Shown one piece after another: positions 29,283 through 39,754 of a DNA stretch of 64,000 nt. Numbering within the stretch: the stretch's first letter is position 1; each line of letters begins with the position of its first letter. A program made the translations under genes and the position numbers. A model generated the notes under the pieces. The model worked only from the letters and a program-made list of their open reading frames with translations, did no database searches and had not been told where the DNA came from. This DNA comes from Longimicrobiales bacterium (lineage in GTDB: Bacteria; Gemmatimonadota; Gemmatimonadetes; Longimicrobiales; Gaopeijiaceae), in assembly GCA_965219445.1 (NCBI GenBank), contig CBDCNQ010000004.1, positions 233,023 through 297,022 on the forward strand. The letters run 5' to 3'.

Positions 29283-30071
29283 ATGACCGCACCCAGTGTA
29301 CCCACCGTACCGAATGTGGACCGGGATGTCCTTCGAGAAGCGATCCAAGAGGAGTACGAGGTGGTCGCCTGCGAGCCCCGGCGTGGGTTCCACTTTCACA
29401 CGGGCCGGCCGCTCGCCGAGATCCTGGGCTATCAGGAGGAGTGGCTCGACGGATTACCCGATGGCTCCATCGAGTCGTTCGCGGGCACGGGTAACCCGTT
29501 CAGTCTGGGAGCGTTGGCCCCCGAAGAGCAGGTCGTGGACATCGGCTGTGGCGCCGGCATCGACTCCCTCATCGCCGCAAGGATGGTCGGCCCGGAGGGG
29601 GCAGTGATCGGCGTCGACATGACGCCCTCCATGCTCGAAAAAGCGAAAGCCGGGGCAAAGGATCTGGACCACGTGGAATTCCGGCTCGGGTTCGGCGAGG
29701 AGCTTCCCCTACCGGACGGATGGGCGGATGTCGTGATCTCCAACGGCGTCGTGAACCTGATGCCGGACAAGCATGAGGCCTTCACCGAGATGGCGCGGGT
29801 GCTCAAGCCCGGGGGGCGCATTCAGATCGGTGATATCCTCGTTGACCGACCCGTGCCCGAAAACTCCAAGGAGGATATCGAACTCTGGACCGGCTGAATC
29901 GCGGGTGCTCTGCTGGAAGCAGAGCTCAAAGCCACGGTCGTGGCTGCGGGATTCACGGACTTCGAGATCACCTGGCGGGCTGACGTATTCAAGGGAGCTC
30001 CCCAGCAGTCGAGCGCGGCGAAGTTCGGAACGAGCGGAATCAACTACCGAGCAACGAAGGCGGCCAGCTGA
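29283..30071 (+). CDS. ArsM-like class I SAM methyltransferase with in-frame TGA (candidate Sec) at 29895-29897
   Basis: ORF 29283..29897 contains VVDIGCGAGIDSLIAARMVGPEGAVIGVDMTPSML and LKPGGRIQIGD, and ends ELWTG-TGA. The same frame continues IAGALLEAELKATVVAAGFTDFEITWRADVF to a TGA at 30069-30071. The TGA sits where homologues I recall have the GC(I/V)xGA cysteine. Confidence 0.7.
29907..29925 (+). promoter_or_regulatory. Hairpin 9 nt downstream of the in-frame TGA (SECIS-like candidate)
   Basis: GCTCTGC-TGGAA-GCAGAGC: a perfect 7-bp stem (8 bp with the T-A pair) and a G-containing apical loop. The loop begins 16-17 nt after the TGA. Confidence 0.4.
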
Positions 30072-30254
30072 ATGGACAGACGGACCCTGCTCAAAACCGG
30101 TACCCTGGGCGTCCTGGGACTGGGACTCGGCGGGTGCGCGACGGGATCGGGTCGGAGCGGCTCGCTGGTCTTCGCCTCTATCCATGCGGCCCTCCTTCAG
30201 GACTTCCCCCACCGGCCTATAATCGATCCTGGAACGGTGATCCGTAGGCCCTGA
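30072..30254 (+). CDS. Possible 60-aa Tat-signal lipoprotein, or an N-terminal gene remnant
   Basis: ORF 30072..30254 starts MDRRTLLKTGTLGVLGLGLGGCATG (twin-Arg plus lipobox). Its ATG abuts the methyltransferase stop. It is short and is followed by a convergent gene. Confidence 0.3.
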   Translation: MDRRTLLKTGTLGVLGLGLGGCATGSGRSGSLVFASIHAALLQDFPHRPIIDPGTVIRRP

Positions 30255-30262
30255 CCGGCCAG

Positions 30263-32137
30263 TTACGGCAGCCGGTACGTCACCACCGCGTCGGTAGCGG
30301 CCAGTGCCACGTACTGGTTGCCGTCGGACCCCAGATAGGTCATGGGATTTGCGTTTCCTCTCCGATCCAGCGTGCTCACCCAGAGCTCCCGGCCGGTCGT
30401 GGCATCCAGGGCACGAAATCGGCTGTCATCGGTCGCCGCGATGAACAAGAGGCCGCTAGCGGTGACGATGGCAGCCGCACGCCCGGGCCGACCGGTGTTC
30501 TGTCGGCCTGCGGGAAGTCCCTCGGTGATGCCGAGGGGCTGTTGCCACACGACTTCGCCCGTCGAGCCGTCGACCGCGCTCAGCCGACCCCACGGCGGCT
30601 TCTGGCACGGCCAGCGCGCATCCCCGATCGGGACGTCGAAACTCGACGGACGTGGGCCGCCCCGCTGATATGGAAAGAGCGAACCCTCCTCAGCCTCCTC
30701 CACCCAGCCCAGCGAGCCGAGATCCTGGCTGAATACGAAGACGAATCCGGAGTTCGGATCGAATGAGGCGCCGCCCCAGTTGGGGCCGCCGACCAATCCC
30801 GGGAACAAGAGCGTGGTCCTGCGGGACGTGCCGTCCGCGCGATACACCCACGGAGTGAAGGCGCCGGCGTTGTAGAGCTCTCCCATGCTTTCGACCAGGT
30901 CCCTACAGGCCGCAGCGTGTTCGGGGGAGGTGTCTTCGGCAGTAACCAGATCCATCGGCTCGTAGCTGACACGGGCCAGGGCCGGCGGGCTCACGGGAAT
31001 CGGCTGGGTCGGAAACGTTTCTTCGCCGGGAACATCGCTCTGCGCAACCGGCCGCTCCTCCACCCCGAAGATGGGTTCGCCGGTGTCCCGATCGAGGATG
31101 TACAAGTAGCCGGACTTGGTGGTCACGCCGAGCGCTGCGACCGTGCCTCCATCACGCGGAACATCGAACAACACGGGCCCTGCGGGTGGGTCGTGATCCC
31201 ACAGGTCGTGATGGATGGTCTGGAAGTGCCATACGTACTCCCCGGTCCGGATGTCCACCGCGACCAACGAATTGGCGAAAAGATTCGCGCCCGCCCGGTC
31301 TCCCCCGTAGGCGAAGGGGATGGGTGAGGCTAGGGGCAGATACACGTGTCCGCGCTGCTCGTCCATGGTGAAGTAGAACGGCCAAGCGTTGGCGCCGAGG
31401 CGGCCCTGCCAGCTATCGCCCTCCCACGTGTCGTGTCCGACGCTCCCAGGCTGGGGAACGGAGCCGAATTCCCACACTTTCTCGCCCGTGCGGGCGTCGA
31501 AGGCGCGCGCGTTGCCGATGCCCCCGATGGTGCCGCGCGGCGTGTTCGCGCCGACCACGATGATGTTCTCGTAGACCAACGGCACCGAGATGTACGGCAC
31601 CATCATGTCGATCTCGCCCGACTGTCCGAAGCCCGCCGCCGGTGTGCCGGTCGCCGCGTCGAGTGCGACCAGGCGCCGCCTGGCAGTGAAAAAGATGCGC
31701 GGTGGTGTGCCCTCCTCACCCGCCCAGTAGGAGACACCGCGCCGTGAGGGCGCGCCGTCGACGACGGAATGCCACCAGATCGGCTCACCAGTCGCCGCGT
31801 CGAGCGCGACTACGCGGTCCACGGTCGGAAAGTACATGACGTCACCGACCACGATCGGTGTCGCCTGCGAGTTCGGATCCCGGCTTTCCCCCGGCCCCGG
31901 AGTGCCGGGGAATGGGGGAGTGCGTAGCGAGTAGCTCCAACCCCGAGTCAGGCTTGTGACGTTGCTGGGCGTTATCTGTGTCAGCGGCGAATAGCCGGTC
32001 CCACCCAGGTCGCCGCGATACATCGGCCAATCGACGTGAGTCGGCGTATCGAGCCCTTGCGGGGCACATCCAGTGCCGACAAGAACGACCGCAAGCAACG
32101 CACCGGTGCTCGTGAACGTGAGGCGCGTTGCTGGCAT
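30263..32137 (-). CDS. PQQ-dependent dehydrogenase (quinoprotein beta-propeller), lipoprotein
   Basis: ORF 30263..32203 trimmed to MPATRLTFTSTGALLAVVLVGTGC. Contains WPMYRGDLGGTGYSPLTQI, repeated W-motif propeller blades and HHDLWDHD. Confidence 0.85.
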   Translation of the reverse strand: MPATRLTFTSTGALLAVVLVGTGCAPQGLDTPTHVDWPMYRGDLGGTGYSPLTQITPSNVTSLTRGWSYSLRTPPFPGTPGPGESRDPNSQATPIVVGDVMYFPTVDRVVALDAATGEPIWWHSVVDGAPSRRGVSYWAGEEGTPPRIFFTARRRLVALDAATGTPAAGFGQSGEIDMMVPYISVPLVYENIIVVGANTPRGTIGGIGNARAFDARTGEKVWEFGSVPQPGSVGHDTWEGDSWQGRLGANAWPFYFTMDEQRGHVYLPLASPIPFAYGGDRAGANLFANSLVAVDIRTGEYVWHFQTIHHDLWDHDPPAGPVLFDVPRDGGTVAALGVTTKSGYLYILDRDTGEPIFGVEERPVAQSDVPGEETFPTQPIPVSPPALARVSYEPMDLVTAEDTSPEHAAACRDLVESMGELYNAGAFTPWVYRADGTSRRTTLLFPGLVGGPNWGGASFDPNSGFVFVFSQDLGSLGWVEEAEEGSLFPYQRGGPRPSSFDVPIGDARWPCQKPPWGRLSAVDGSTGEVVWQQPLGITEGLPAGRQNTGRPGRAAAIVTASGLLFIAATDDSRFRALDATTGRELWVSTLDRRGNANPMTYLGSDGNQYVALAATDAVVTYRLP

Positions 32138-32373
32138 GAGGTTCCCCCTTCTTATCGGGCCCGATTCATCGACGTCGTAGTCGCCTCGATATCGCTCCGA
32201 CACCAGGACGTTGCCTATCTTAACTCACGAGGCGGGCCCGTGCATGGGTCGCGATACCCACTTTGCACGGCCGGCTCAGGGGTCGGCCGAAGTCGCAATG
32301 AGGGTGTGTATTCACGGCGTCAATCGCGACGTCGGGCCACTGGTTCTCGCTGGATTCGATCCCGGATCCTGGT

Positions 32374-33073
32374 TTGCCTATGCTCAACTGGACAGCCAGT
32401 ATGGTGCAGTCCCATTCGCATCAACTGAGAGCGTCCTCTATTAAACTCTCTGCCTTGGCCGCGTCACCTATTATTGGCTTGCTAGCCCTATTCTTGATTA
32501 CTCCGGACGTATACGCGCAGTGTGACTTGCTGGCCGAAGGCTCCGAGATGGTTTCGGGTATCGTTTATGATGACCTCAATCAGGACGGACGGCACGGTTC
32601 CGGGGAGCCCGGCGTTGCGCGTGTGAGCGTCAGCAATGGCTGTGACGTGGTTCTGACGAACTTGGATGGCCTTTACGAAATAACTCTGGCGCCGGGACAG
32701 ATACTCTTCTTATCTCAACCAACTGGATACGTGGTACCTGTTGACGACAACAACCAGCCCCTCTTCTTCTATACTCACTATCCTGACGGCACCCCCACAA
32801 CGATTGGCGGCACTCCAGTGCAATGGCTGTGGCCGGTTATAGGACCCACCGGCCCGCTTCCCGACAACATCGATTTCCCCCTGCATAGACTCAGTTCGCA
32901 GGAAATCCGGTTTACCACTCATGCTTTTGCGGATCCACAGGCTCGCAGTGATCTCGGCGAGGACATGTTGCGAGAGGAGCTGGTGAATACCCTGCTGGGC
33001 AATCCGTATCAGGCAGAGTTTTCGCTCACCGTAGGTGACGTGGTCTTTGATAATCTCGGCCTTTACCGGAACC
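32374..33073 (+). pseudogene. Metallophosphoesterase, 5' part (interrupted by an IS fragment)
   Basis: ORF 32374..33132 has a signal peptide, an N-terminal beta domain and FADPQARSD...TVGDVVFDNLGLYRN. After 33073 the reading becomes IS sequence. Confidence 0.75.
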
Positions 33074-33876
33074 TGTCAACGCCAGTGAGACACTCTTGGA
33101 AATCAATTAGAGAGCAATCTCCTGTGTCGTGAGGGATGGGGTGGGAGGATTGATCCAGACGGCCTCCGGGAGTGGTTTAGGCTTCGGCTCACCGGAGACG
33201 AAGCGCTCGGGATGAGCGGCCCATGCCTCACGGAGCACGGCCTTCCTGCAGGCGATGATCCGATCGGCGTGACCGAAGTGGACCTGTTCGGGGGTCAGCA
33301 TCGAGATGCCGCCATGGCGGTGCTCGGCATTATACCAACGGAAGAACGAGCGACAGAAGGTCTTGGCTTGCCCCTGATCCCCGAACCGGCCGGGAAACGA
33401 GGGATGGTACTTCAAGGTCTTGAACTGAGCCTCGGAGAACGGATTGTCATCCGAGACCTGGGGTCGGCCCAACGAGCGGGTCACGCCGAGATCGGCGAGT
33501 AGTTGAGCCGTGCATTGGCTCGTCATCGGAGCCCCTCGATCGGAATGCAGGGTCAGGAGGTGGGGCTGGACGCCATGCTTCAAGCAACTCTGCTGGATCA
33601 GCCGGCTGGCCAGGGCAGAGTTCTCCCGATCCGCCACCATCCATCCCACGACGTAGCGGCTGAAGATGTCCAGGATCACGTAGAGGTAGAAGTAACTCCA
33701 CTTCTTCGGCCCCAGCAGCCGGGTGATATCCCAGGACCAGACCTGGTTCGGGCCCCTCGCCATCAACTCGGGCTTCTGGTATTTGGGATGACTCCGCTGC
33801 GCTCGACGCTCCTGAACCGGCACCTGGGAAGCCAGAACGCGATACATCGTACGCTCGCTGCACAGGTAGACGTCCC
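33074..33876 (-). mobile_element. 5'-truncated IS3-family element (orfB remnant only)
   Basis: ORF 33107..33952 contains PNQVWSWDITRL, LTLHSDRGAPMTS, VSDDNPFSEAQFKTLKY and YNAEHRHGGI (DDE/rve). The terminal TGTCAACGCCAGTGAGACAC at 33074 looks like an IS end. There is no orfA and no N-terminus of orfB. Confidence 0.8.
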
Positions 33877-34902
33877 CTCTTTGGGATTGACTCTTACGAG
33901 TCTCCCAATGCCCACTATGCCACCGAAACCTACAAGAAGCACTTTGGCCCAACCTATTATTCGTTCAATTATGGGAATGTACATGTCGTTGCTCTAAACA
34001 ACGTTGAGTACGCTGGAGCAGGACGACGCATCTCCGGCAACTTGGTTTATCGTGGGTTTATTCCAGACGATCAGATGCTTTGGCTCGAGCGAGATCTCGC
34101 TCATGTCGATGAAGACAAGCTCATCGTGATTGCCACTCACATTTCACTGATCAGTGAAGCCTCCGACGGCGATCCATCTCATGACGTAACTGGCCCCCAT
34201 ACCGATAACTTCGACCAACTGCTGGAACTCCTGCGTCCATTCGACAACGTCTTTGGCCTTGCCGGACACGATACCAGCAACAGCTGGAAGGTGGAGATTA
34301 ACCATGAGCACGGCTGGACTGGTCGGCCATGGATAGCCCATACCCTGGCCGAAGTCCGCGGCAGTGGCTGGACCAGAGGCCCGAGAGATCTACGCGGCGT
34401 GGCGGAGGCCATGATGGAGGACGGAAACCCGAACGGTTTCTATCTGTTGAAATTCGACGACGTGACATTGGTCCCGGAGTTCATTCCATTTCCTTTCGGG
34501 AGAGACGCGGCACAGCGTTTGCGTATTGTCCTGGATCCAGAGCTCGAAGACACCGCTGATAGCAGCATCAACCGGGGTATATTACAAAGGGATACCAAGG
34601 TGGTAGTCAATCTCTTCGACGGGGGCGAACGCGACAGAGTGAGCTTATCCCTGGACGGCGGCCGACTGATGCCGATGCGCTATGTGGTTCGAACCGACCC
34701 CTTCATGGAAAAAGCCTACAGGCGGCTTGCTGACACTCAGGACGCCTTTCCGAGGCCAGCAGCCTCATCACACATCTGGGAATTCGACTTGCCAGAAAAC
34801 CTCGAACCGGGAATACACACCGTCGTGGTCGAAACCGAAGATGAGTTTGAGCAGCACCAACGCGGGGTTCTGTCGTTTGAGGTCACTGGGGCGGCGCGGT
34901 GA
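33874..34902 (+). pseudogene. Metallophosphoesterase, 3' part
   Basis: Own reading from 33874: PLFGIDSYESPNAHYATETYKKHFGPTYYSFNYGNVHVVALNN. This continues into ORF 34042..34902 (LIVIATHISL...GLAGHDTSNSW). The expected GNHD-containing segment between the two parts is missing. Confidence 0.75.
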
Positions 34903-34930
34903 GTGAGGGTGTGAAGGGGTTGGGGGCTGC

Positions 34931-37743
34931 ATGTTAGCGCCTCTACTGCGCAGGTGCTCGGTGGGCCTGGCGATCGCTCTCCCGTTGGCCTGGTTGGGTG
35001 CCGGAGAGGGCCTCGCCCAGGTGGGAGAGCCGCTCACGGAGGGCTCGACCCCGGAGAGCCGGGAGCCCGTGGTCTATTCCCACGACGACATGGCCCCCGT
35101 TGCTCGTGCGGTGAGAACGGAGGTGCCGATCGCAATCGACGGAGTCTTGGACGAGGCCGTATGGATGACGGCGCCGGAGATCACGGAGTTTCTCCAAACC
35201 GTTCCGGACGAGGCACAGCCAGTCACGGAGGAGACTGAGGTCCGCATTTTGTATGACGATGACAACATCTACGTGGGCGCCTGGCTCTGGGATGAGGGCG
35301 AGGTGCCGGCTCGCCTGAGACGGAGGGACCAGGGGACGCCCGATGCGGACTACTTCGTCGTCATCTTTGACAGCTACCATGATCACCGCACCGCTTACCG
35401 GTTCGCGGTGAGCGCCGCCGGCAACCACTCGGACGAGATCCTGACGATCGGCCGCGGAGGCGGAGGCAGGGGCGGGCGCGGGCGCGGGGGCGGGGGGTTC
35501 AGCGACCGCTCCTGGGATCCCGTTATCGACGTTCGCACGTCGATCACGGACGACGGCTGGTTCGTGGAGTGGCGGATCCCCTTCAGCCAGCTTCGCTACC
35601 GAGCCGATGAGATCCAGACCTGGGGCCTTCAAGTCGAGCGCAAACTGCGACGCAAAGCGGAGGACACGGTGTGGGCGTTCAGGCCGAGGAACGAGCCCCA
35701 GGTCGTGGCGCGATACGGGCACCTGCACGGGATCGAAGGCATCGCGCAGGGTAAGCGAACTGGAACTCCTCCCCTACAGCACGGCCCGTGCCGAATACCG
35801 AGAGATTCCGAGGAGCGAGGCTGCGGGGTTCGACAACCCTTTCCGGAGTGGTTCGGAGTACTTCACCAACATGGGGTTGGATCTCAAGTATCGGCTCGGA
35901 ACGAACCTCACCCTGGATGCGGCGGTGAACCCCGACTTCGGGCAGGTGGAGCTCGACCCGGCGGTGATCAACCTGACAGCGTTCGAGACCCGCTTCGACG
36001 AGAAGCGGCCGTTCTTCGTGGAGGGAGCGGAGATGTTCCGGTTCGGGGAGGGTGGGGCGCGTTGGGGAGGGTCCGACGCTCAGTTGCTTTACTCACGACG
36101 GATCGGCCGCACGCCGCAGGGCTTCGTCCCGGACGCGGCGGCATACTCTGACGTACCGGGGCAGACGACGATCCCGGGAGCGGTGAAGCTCACTGGAAAA
36201 ACGGCGAGCGGCTGGTCATTAGGACTTCTCGAAGCCGTGACGGACCGGGTCACAGCGCCGTGGATCGATCCGGACGGAACGCGTGGAAAGAAGGAGGTCG
36301 AACCTCGCTCCAAACTACCTCGCTGCGCGTGTGCGGCGCGACATCCGCCAGGGGACGGGCTCCTTAGGTGTGATAGCTACGAGTGTTCACCGGGACCTGA
36401 GGTCCGAGACCCTCCGATCGCGGTTGCGGTCCGCCGCGTACTCGGTCGGGGTGGACGGCCGGATCGAAACAAGATCGCTAAAGTGGAGGCTTGCCGGAAA
36501 ATTGTCAGGGAGCGCAGTGAACGGAGGCGTGGACGCGATCGCCCGCACCCAACAGAGTTCCGCGCGCTACATGGATCGGCCCGACGCGACTCACATGGAA
36601 TTCGATCCGGACGCGCGCTCGCTCCGTGGCCTCTATGGGCGGCTGGACCTGACCAAGCAGACAGGGACGTGGCAGGGCAACCTCGGGGTGACCGCTATCA
36701 CGCCAGGCTACGAGGTGAACGACCTCGGATTTCAAAGCTTTGCCGACCGGGTCGAGGTCACGTCCAGCTTCGGATACCGACAGCCGACAGTCGGCGAGCA
36801 CTTTCGGACGTTGAACGTCACCGCAAATGGGACCAACACGTTCAACTTCGGGGGCGAGGCGGTGATGTCCAACGTCGGGCTTTGGGTCAACGCAGAGCAC
36901 TCCAGCTTCAACCGGCTCCATATCGGCATCGCCCGCCGATTCGAGGTGTGGAACGACAGGCTGACCCGGGGCGGCCCCCTGACACTCGAGCCGGCGGGGT
37001 ACTTTGGAAACATCGGTTTTAACACCGACCGGCGCGCGACCTTGCAGTTTCGTGCAGGGTTCCGCTTCAGCGAGGACGAAGGGGCCGGATGGAGTCGAGG
37101 AGGAAATCTCGGTCTCTTCTTCCGGTTCTGGGAGAATTACGAGCTCGACATGGGGGTCCAGGTGACCCGTGACCGCATCGCCGCCCAATATGTGGCGACT
37201 GTCCCCGATCCGGCGGCAACGCACACCTTCGGAAGTCGTTACCTGTTCGCGCCGCTTGACCAGACAACGGTCGGGATCGAGACGCGCTTCAACGTAACGT
37301 TCTCGCCGGACCTAACCTTCGAGCTCTATGCTCAGCCCTTCATGTCGAGTGGCGACTATCGGGGGCTGATGGAACTCTCCGCTCCACGAAGCTTCCAGTT
37401 CCTGCGGTATGGGAAGGATGTGGGTACGGTGACCCGCAGCGAGAACGCCGGGTACGTGGTTGATCCGGAGGGCGGCGGTGCAGAACCGTTCGAGGTATCG
37501 GATCGCGACTTCAACTTGCGCTCGCTTCTGGGCAGCGCCGTCCTGCGCTGGGAGTGGCGCCCGGGGAGCACGCTCTTTCTCGTCTGGCAGCAGACGCGGT
37601 CAGAGAGGCTAGTGCGAACAGCAGGGGGAGTGTTCGACGATGGAGTCGGAGAGTTCAGGCTAGGCCGCGACGGGCGCGCTCTGTTCGGCCTAAAGCCCGA
37701 TAACGTCTTCGCAGTCAAGGTCACTTACTGGCTCAACCCCTGA
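34931..37743 (+). pseudogene. DUF5916/CBM9-like outer-membrane protein with two +1 frameshifts
   Basis: Three successive frames carry one continuous protein: 34931.. (to GIAQGKR), the 35607.. frame (LELLPYSTARAEY...GTRGKKEVE) and the 36283.. frame (LAPNYLAARVRRD...KVTYWLNP). The frame breaks are near 35759 and 36303. Removing one nucleotide at each restores a single ORF. Confidence 0.8.
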
Positions 37744-37839
37744 AGACGCCGAACCCCGGGTGCCGATTCGGGGCAGCGGCCGGGACCCCTCCCTTCCTAC
37801 GGTTGTAATAACCGGGGTTGCACAGCGGGGAGGCGGGTC

Positions 37840-38316
37840 ATGTACGTACGTATCAGAGTGTTCAGGCTGACGACGCTCTTAATCGCAATCGCGATGGGTT
37901 GCGAGTCTGATGCAGAAAAGCTCCAAAGGTTGCGATCGGACGAAGTGATCGCGAGCCTCGGCGTATCGAGGCGGGATCGGAATATCGGGCAGAGCGCGAT
38001 TAGCCTCAAGGTCTTCGCAAACGCACCTGGTCGTGACAACCACAACGTCAACGGTGAGTACGTCACCCTGTTCAACTCCGGTGCGGTAGCGATCGAGATT
38101 GGGGGCTGGTCCCTGTGCGACTCCCCCTCGCACTGTTTCACGTTCCCGCTTGGGGCATCGATTCCAGCGGACGGAAGTGTCCGGCTCTACAGCGGGTCGG
38201 GGCTTACCACTACCACGTCCTTCTACATGGGGAGCGGACGGGCTGTGTGGAACAACGAGCATGATACCGCGACATTGCGAAACGGGGGAACCGTAATCGC
38301 ACAAGACATCTACTGA
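37840..38316 (+). CDS. Lamin-tail-domain (LTD) lipoprotein
   Basis: ORF 37840..38316. Lipobox IAMGC. Contains NGEYVTLFNSGAVAIEIGGWSLCD...FTFPLGASIPADGSVRLYSG...WNNEHDTATLRNGGTV, the LTD pattern. Confidence 0.7.
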   Translation: MYVRIRVFRLTTLLIAIAMGCESDAEKLQRLRSDEVIASLGVSRRDRNIGQSAISLKVFANAPGRDNHNVNGEYVTLFNSGAVAIEIGGWSLCDSPSHCFTFPLGASIPADGSVRLYSGSGLTTTTSFYMGSGRAVWNNEHDTATLRNGGTVIAQDIY

Positions 38317-38352
38317 CCCCCGTACCACTCACGGGGACGAAGCGAGCAGATC

Positions 38353-39027
38353 TCAGTTGTTGAGGAGCACGCTGTCGCCGTATGGCCGCTGATAGACAAC
38401 AAACCACCTGTTGTCGAACACCCCGAATCTCTCGGCTGGATAGAAGCTGATGGCCGCCAGCCAGGTATCTACGTCCGAGCGCCTCAGCCACATCCAGTTC
38501 CTCGCATCTTCCGGCCCGGCCTCGATGATCGCGATACGCCCATCCGGTTTGAGATACTTCGCAGCTGCGTTCAGATAGGCTTGCCGGTGCTCGATCATGT
38601 GCAGCGTCCGGTGAAGAAACACGACGTCCACGTTGTTCACCGGCAGCTTCGGATCGTCGTATTCGCCCAACACGGTGCGGACGTTTCGGAGACCGGCCGT
38701 CTCGGCCCGCTGGGCTACGAAATCGAGCATCTCTTGGTCGATGTCGACCGCATACAGGACCCCGGTCGGGCCAATCGCGCGAGCCATCGGAACTGAAAAC
38801 GCCCCACTTCCGGAACCGATGTCGGCGACGATATCTCCCGGCCCAAGCCGCAACCGCTCTATGACCTCGTCGATGTGCAGGCGGGCGACACGTTCCGGCC
38901 TGTCCATCCGCTCGACATACTCGTCAGCCGGTCGCTGGCCAAGCTGTGCGGAAGCTTCCGAGAAGCCGACTCCCAAAAGACACAGGACCGAAACACACGT
39001 GATCCAGAACTGTTCTTGCTTCACCAT
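38353..39027 (-). CDS. Class I SAM-dependent methyltransferase with N-terminal signal sequence
   Basis: ORF 38353..39027. Contains VADIGSGSGAFSVPMA, AVDIDQEML and LKPDGRIAIIE. Confidence 0.8.
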   Translation of the reverse strand: MVKQEQFWITCVSVLCLLGVGFSEASAQLGQRPADEYVERMDRPERVARLHIDEVIERLRLGPGDIVADIGSGSGAFSVPMARAIGPTGVLYAVDIDQEMLDFVAQRAETAGLRNVRTVLGEYDDPKLPVNNVDVVFLHRTLHMIEHRQAYLNAAAKYLKPDGRIAIIEAGPEDARNWMWLRRSDVDTWLAAISFYPAERFGVFDNRWFVVYQRPYGDSVLLNN

Positions 39028-39151
39028 ACCACCTCTCTTCAGACGTTGATGTTCGACTTCAGCTTCCCCTCGGGCCCGAATCTTATGTCGGCCGCATCAT
39101 TCTGAAAAGCAAGCTGTAAGACGAGAATACCTGGGTCTCTCACCGAGACTG

Positions 39152-39568
39152 TCACTGGGGATGCGTCTCTTGGGGGTCTAGCCGAACAAAATATCTCGGC
39201 GGAAAGCCGGTCAAGAGTCGAAACGCTATACCAAGGCCGTGTTGGCTATTAACGCGATCGTGCTCTTCATCGGTTACAGGTATTGCCAGGTAGGAGCCTT
39301 TCTCACCATCTACAGTGACTTGCACACTGGGATTTTCCAAGGCCTGTTTGTACCAGGCTCGCGGCCAGTGGTTAGCTGCCACGAAGAGCTGGCCATTACT
39401 TTCCAGGCGAGTCACGACTCGGTCGTTTGTGGTTCCATCCTCATCCGTCGTGGTGATAACCAGCGTACTTTGACCTGCGGGTTGGAAATACCCGAGCAAG
39501 GACTCAAACGCCACGATGATCCCTACGTAAGCGAGGAACAAGATCGGGATTAGCCTTAGGGCTTTCAC
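39152..39568 (-). CDS. Deazaflavin-dependent nitroreductase-like (DUF385) protein with N-terminal TM anchor
   Basis: ORF 39152..39568 (GTG start). Contains VVTRLESNGQLFVAANHWPRAWYKQALENPSVQVTVDGEKGSYLAIPV. Confidence 0.65.
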   Translation of the reverse strand: MKALRLIPILFLAYVGIIVAFESLLGYFQPAGQSTLVITTTDEDGTTNDRVVTRLESNGQLFVAANHWPRAWYKQALENPSVQVTVDGEKGSYLAIPVTDEEHDRVNSQHGLGIAFRLLTGFPPRYFVRLDPQETHPQ

Positions 39569-39593
39569 TCTAGGACTCCTAGGGCATGTACAG

Positions 39594-39645
39594 GATCAGA
39601 CCGAGGTCAACATCCGATGCGCGCCCCGATAGGCGCAAGGAGAAC
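39594..39645 (-). promoter_or_regulatory. Conserved upstream motif, copy 1 (TTGCGC-N18-GATGTT)
   Basis: On the plus strand, gcgcaa is at 39633-39638 and aacatc at 39609-39614. The motif lies 40 nt upstream of the GTG start at 39568. See copies at 47600, 48773 and 52211. Confidence 0.35.
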
Positions 39646-39754
39646 CCCGTCAGACGTCCCTTCATCTTCGAGTCTAGAGCAGCGGCGTTATACGAAACGA
39701 CAGATGCCCTGGTAGGCCTGGCTGGGCCAGGAGCCAAGTGAACAGGCGCCGGGC

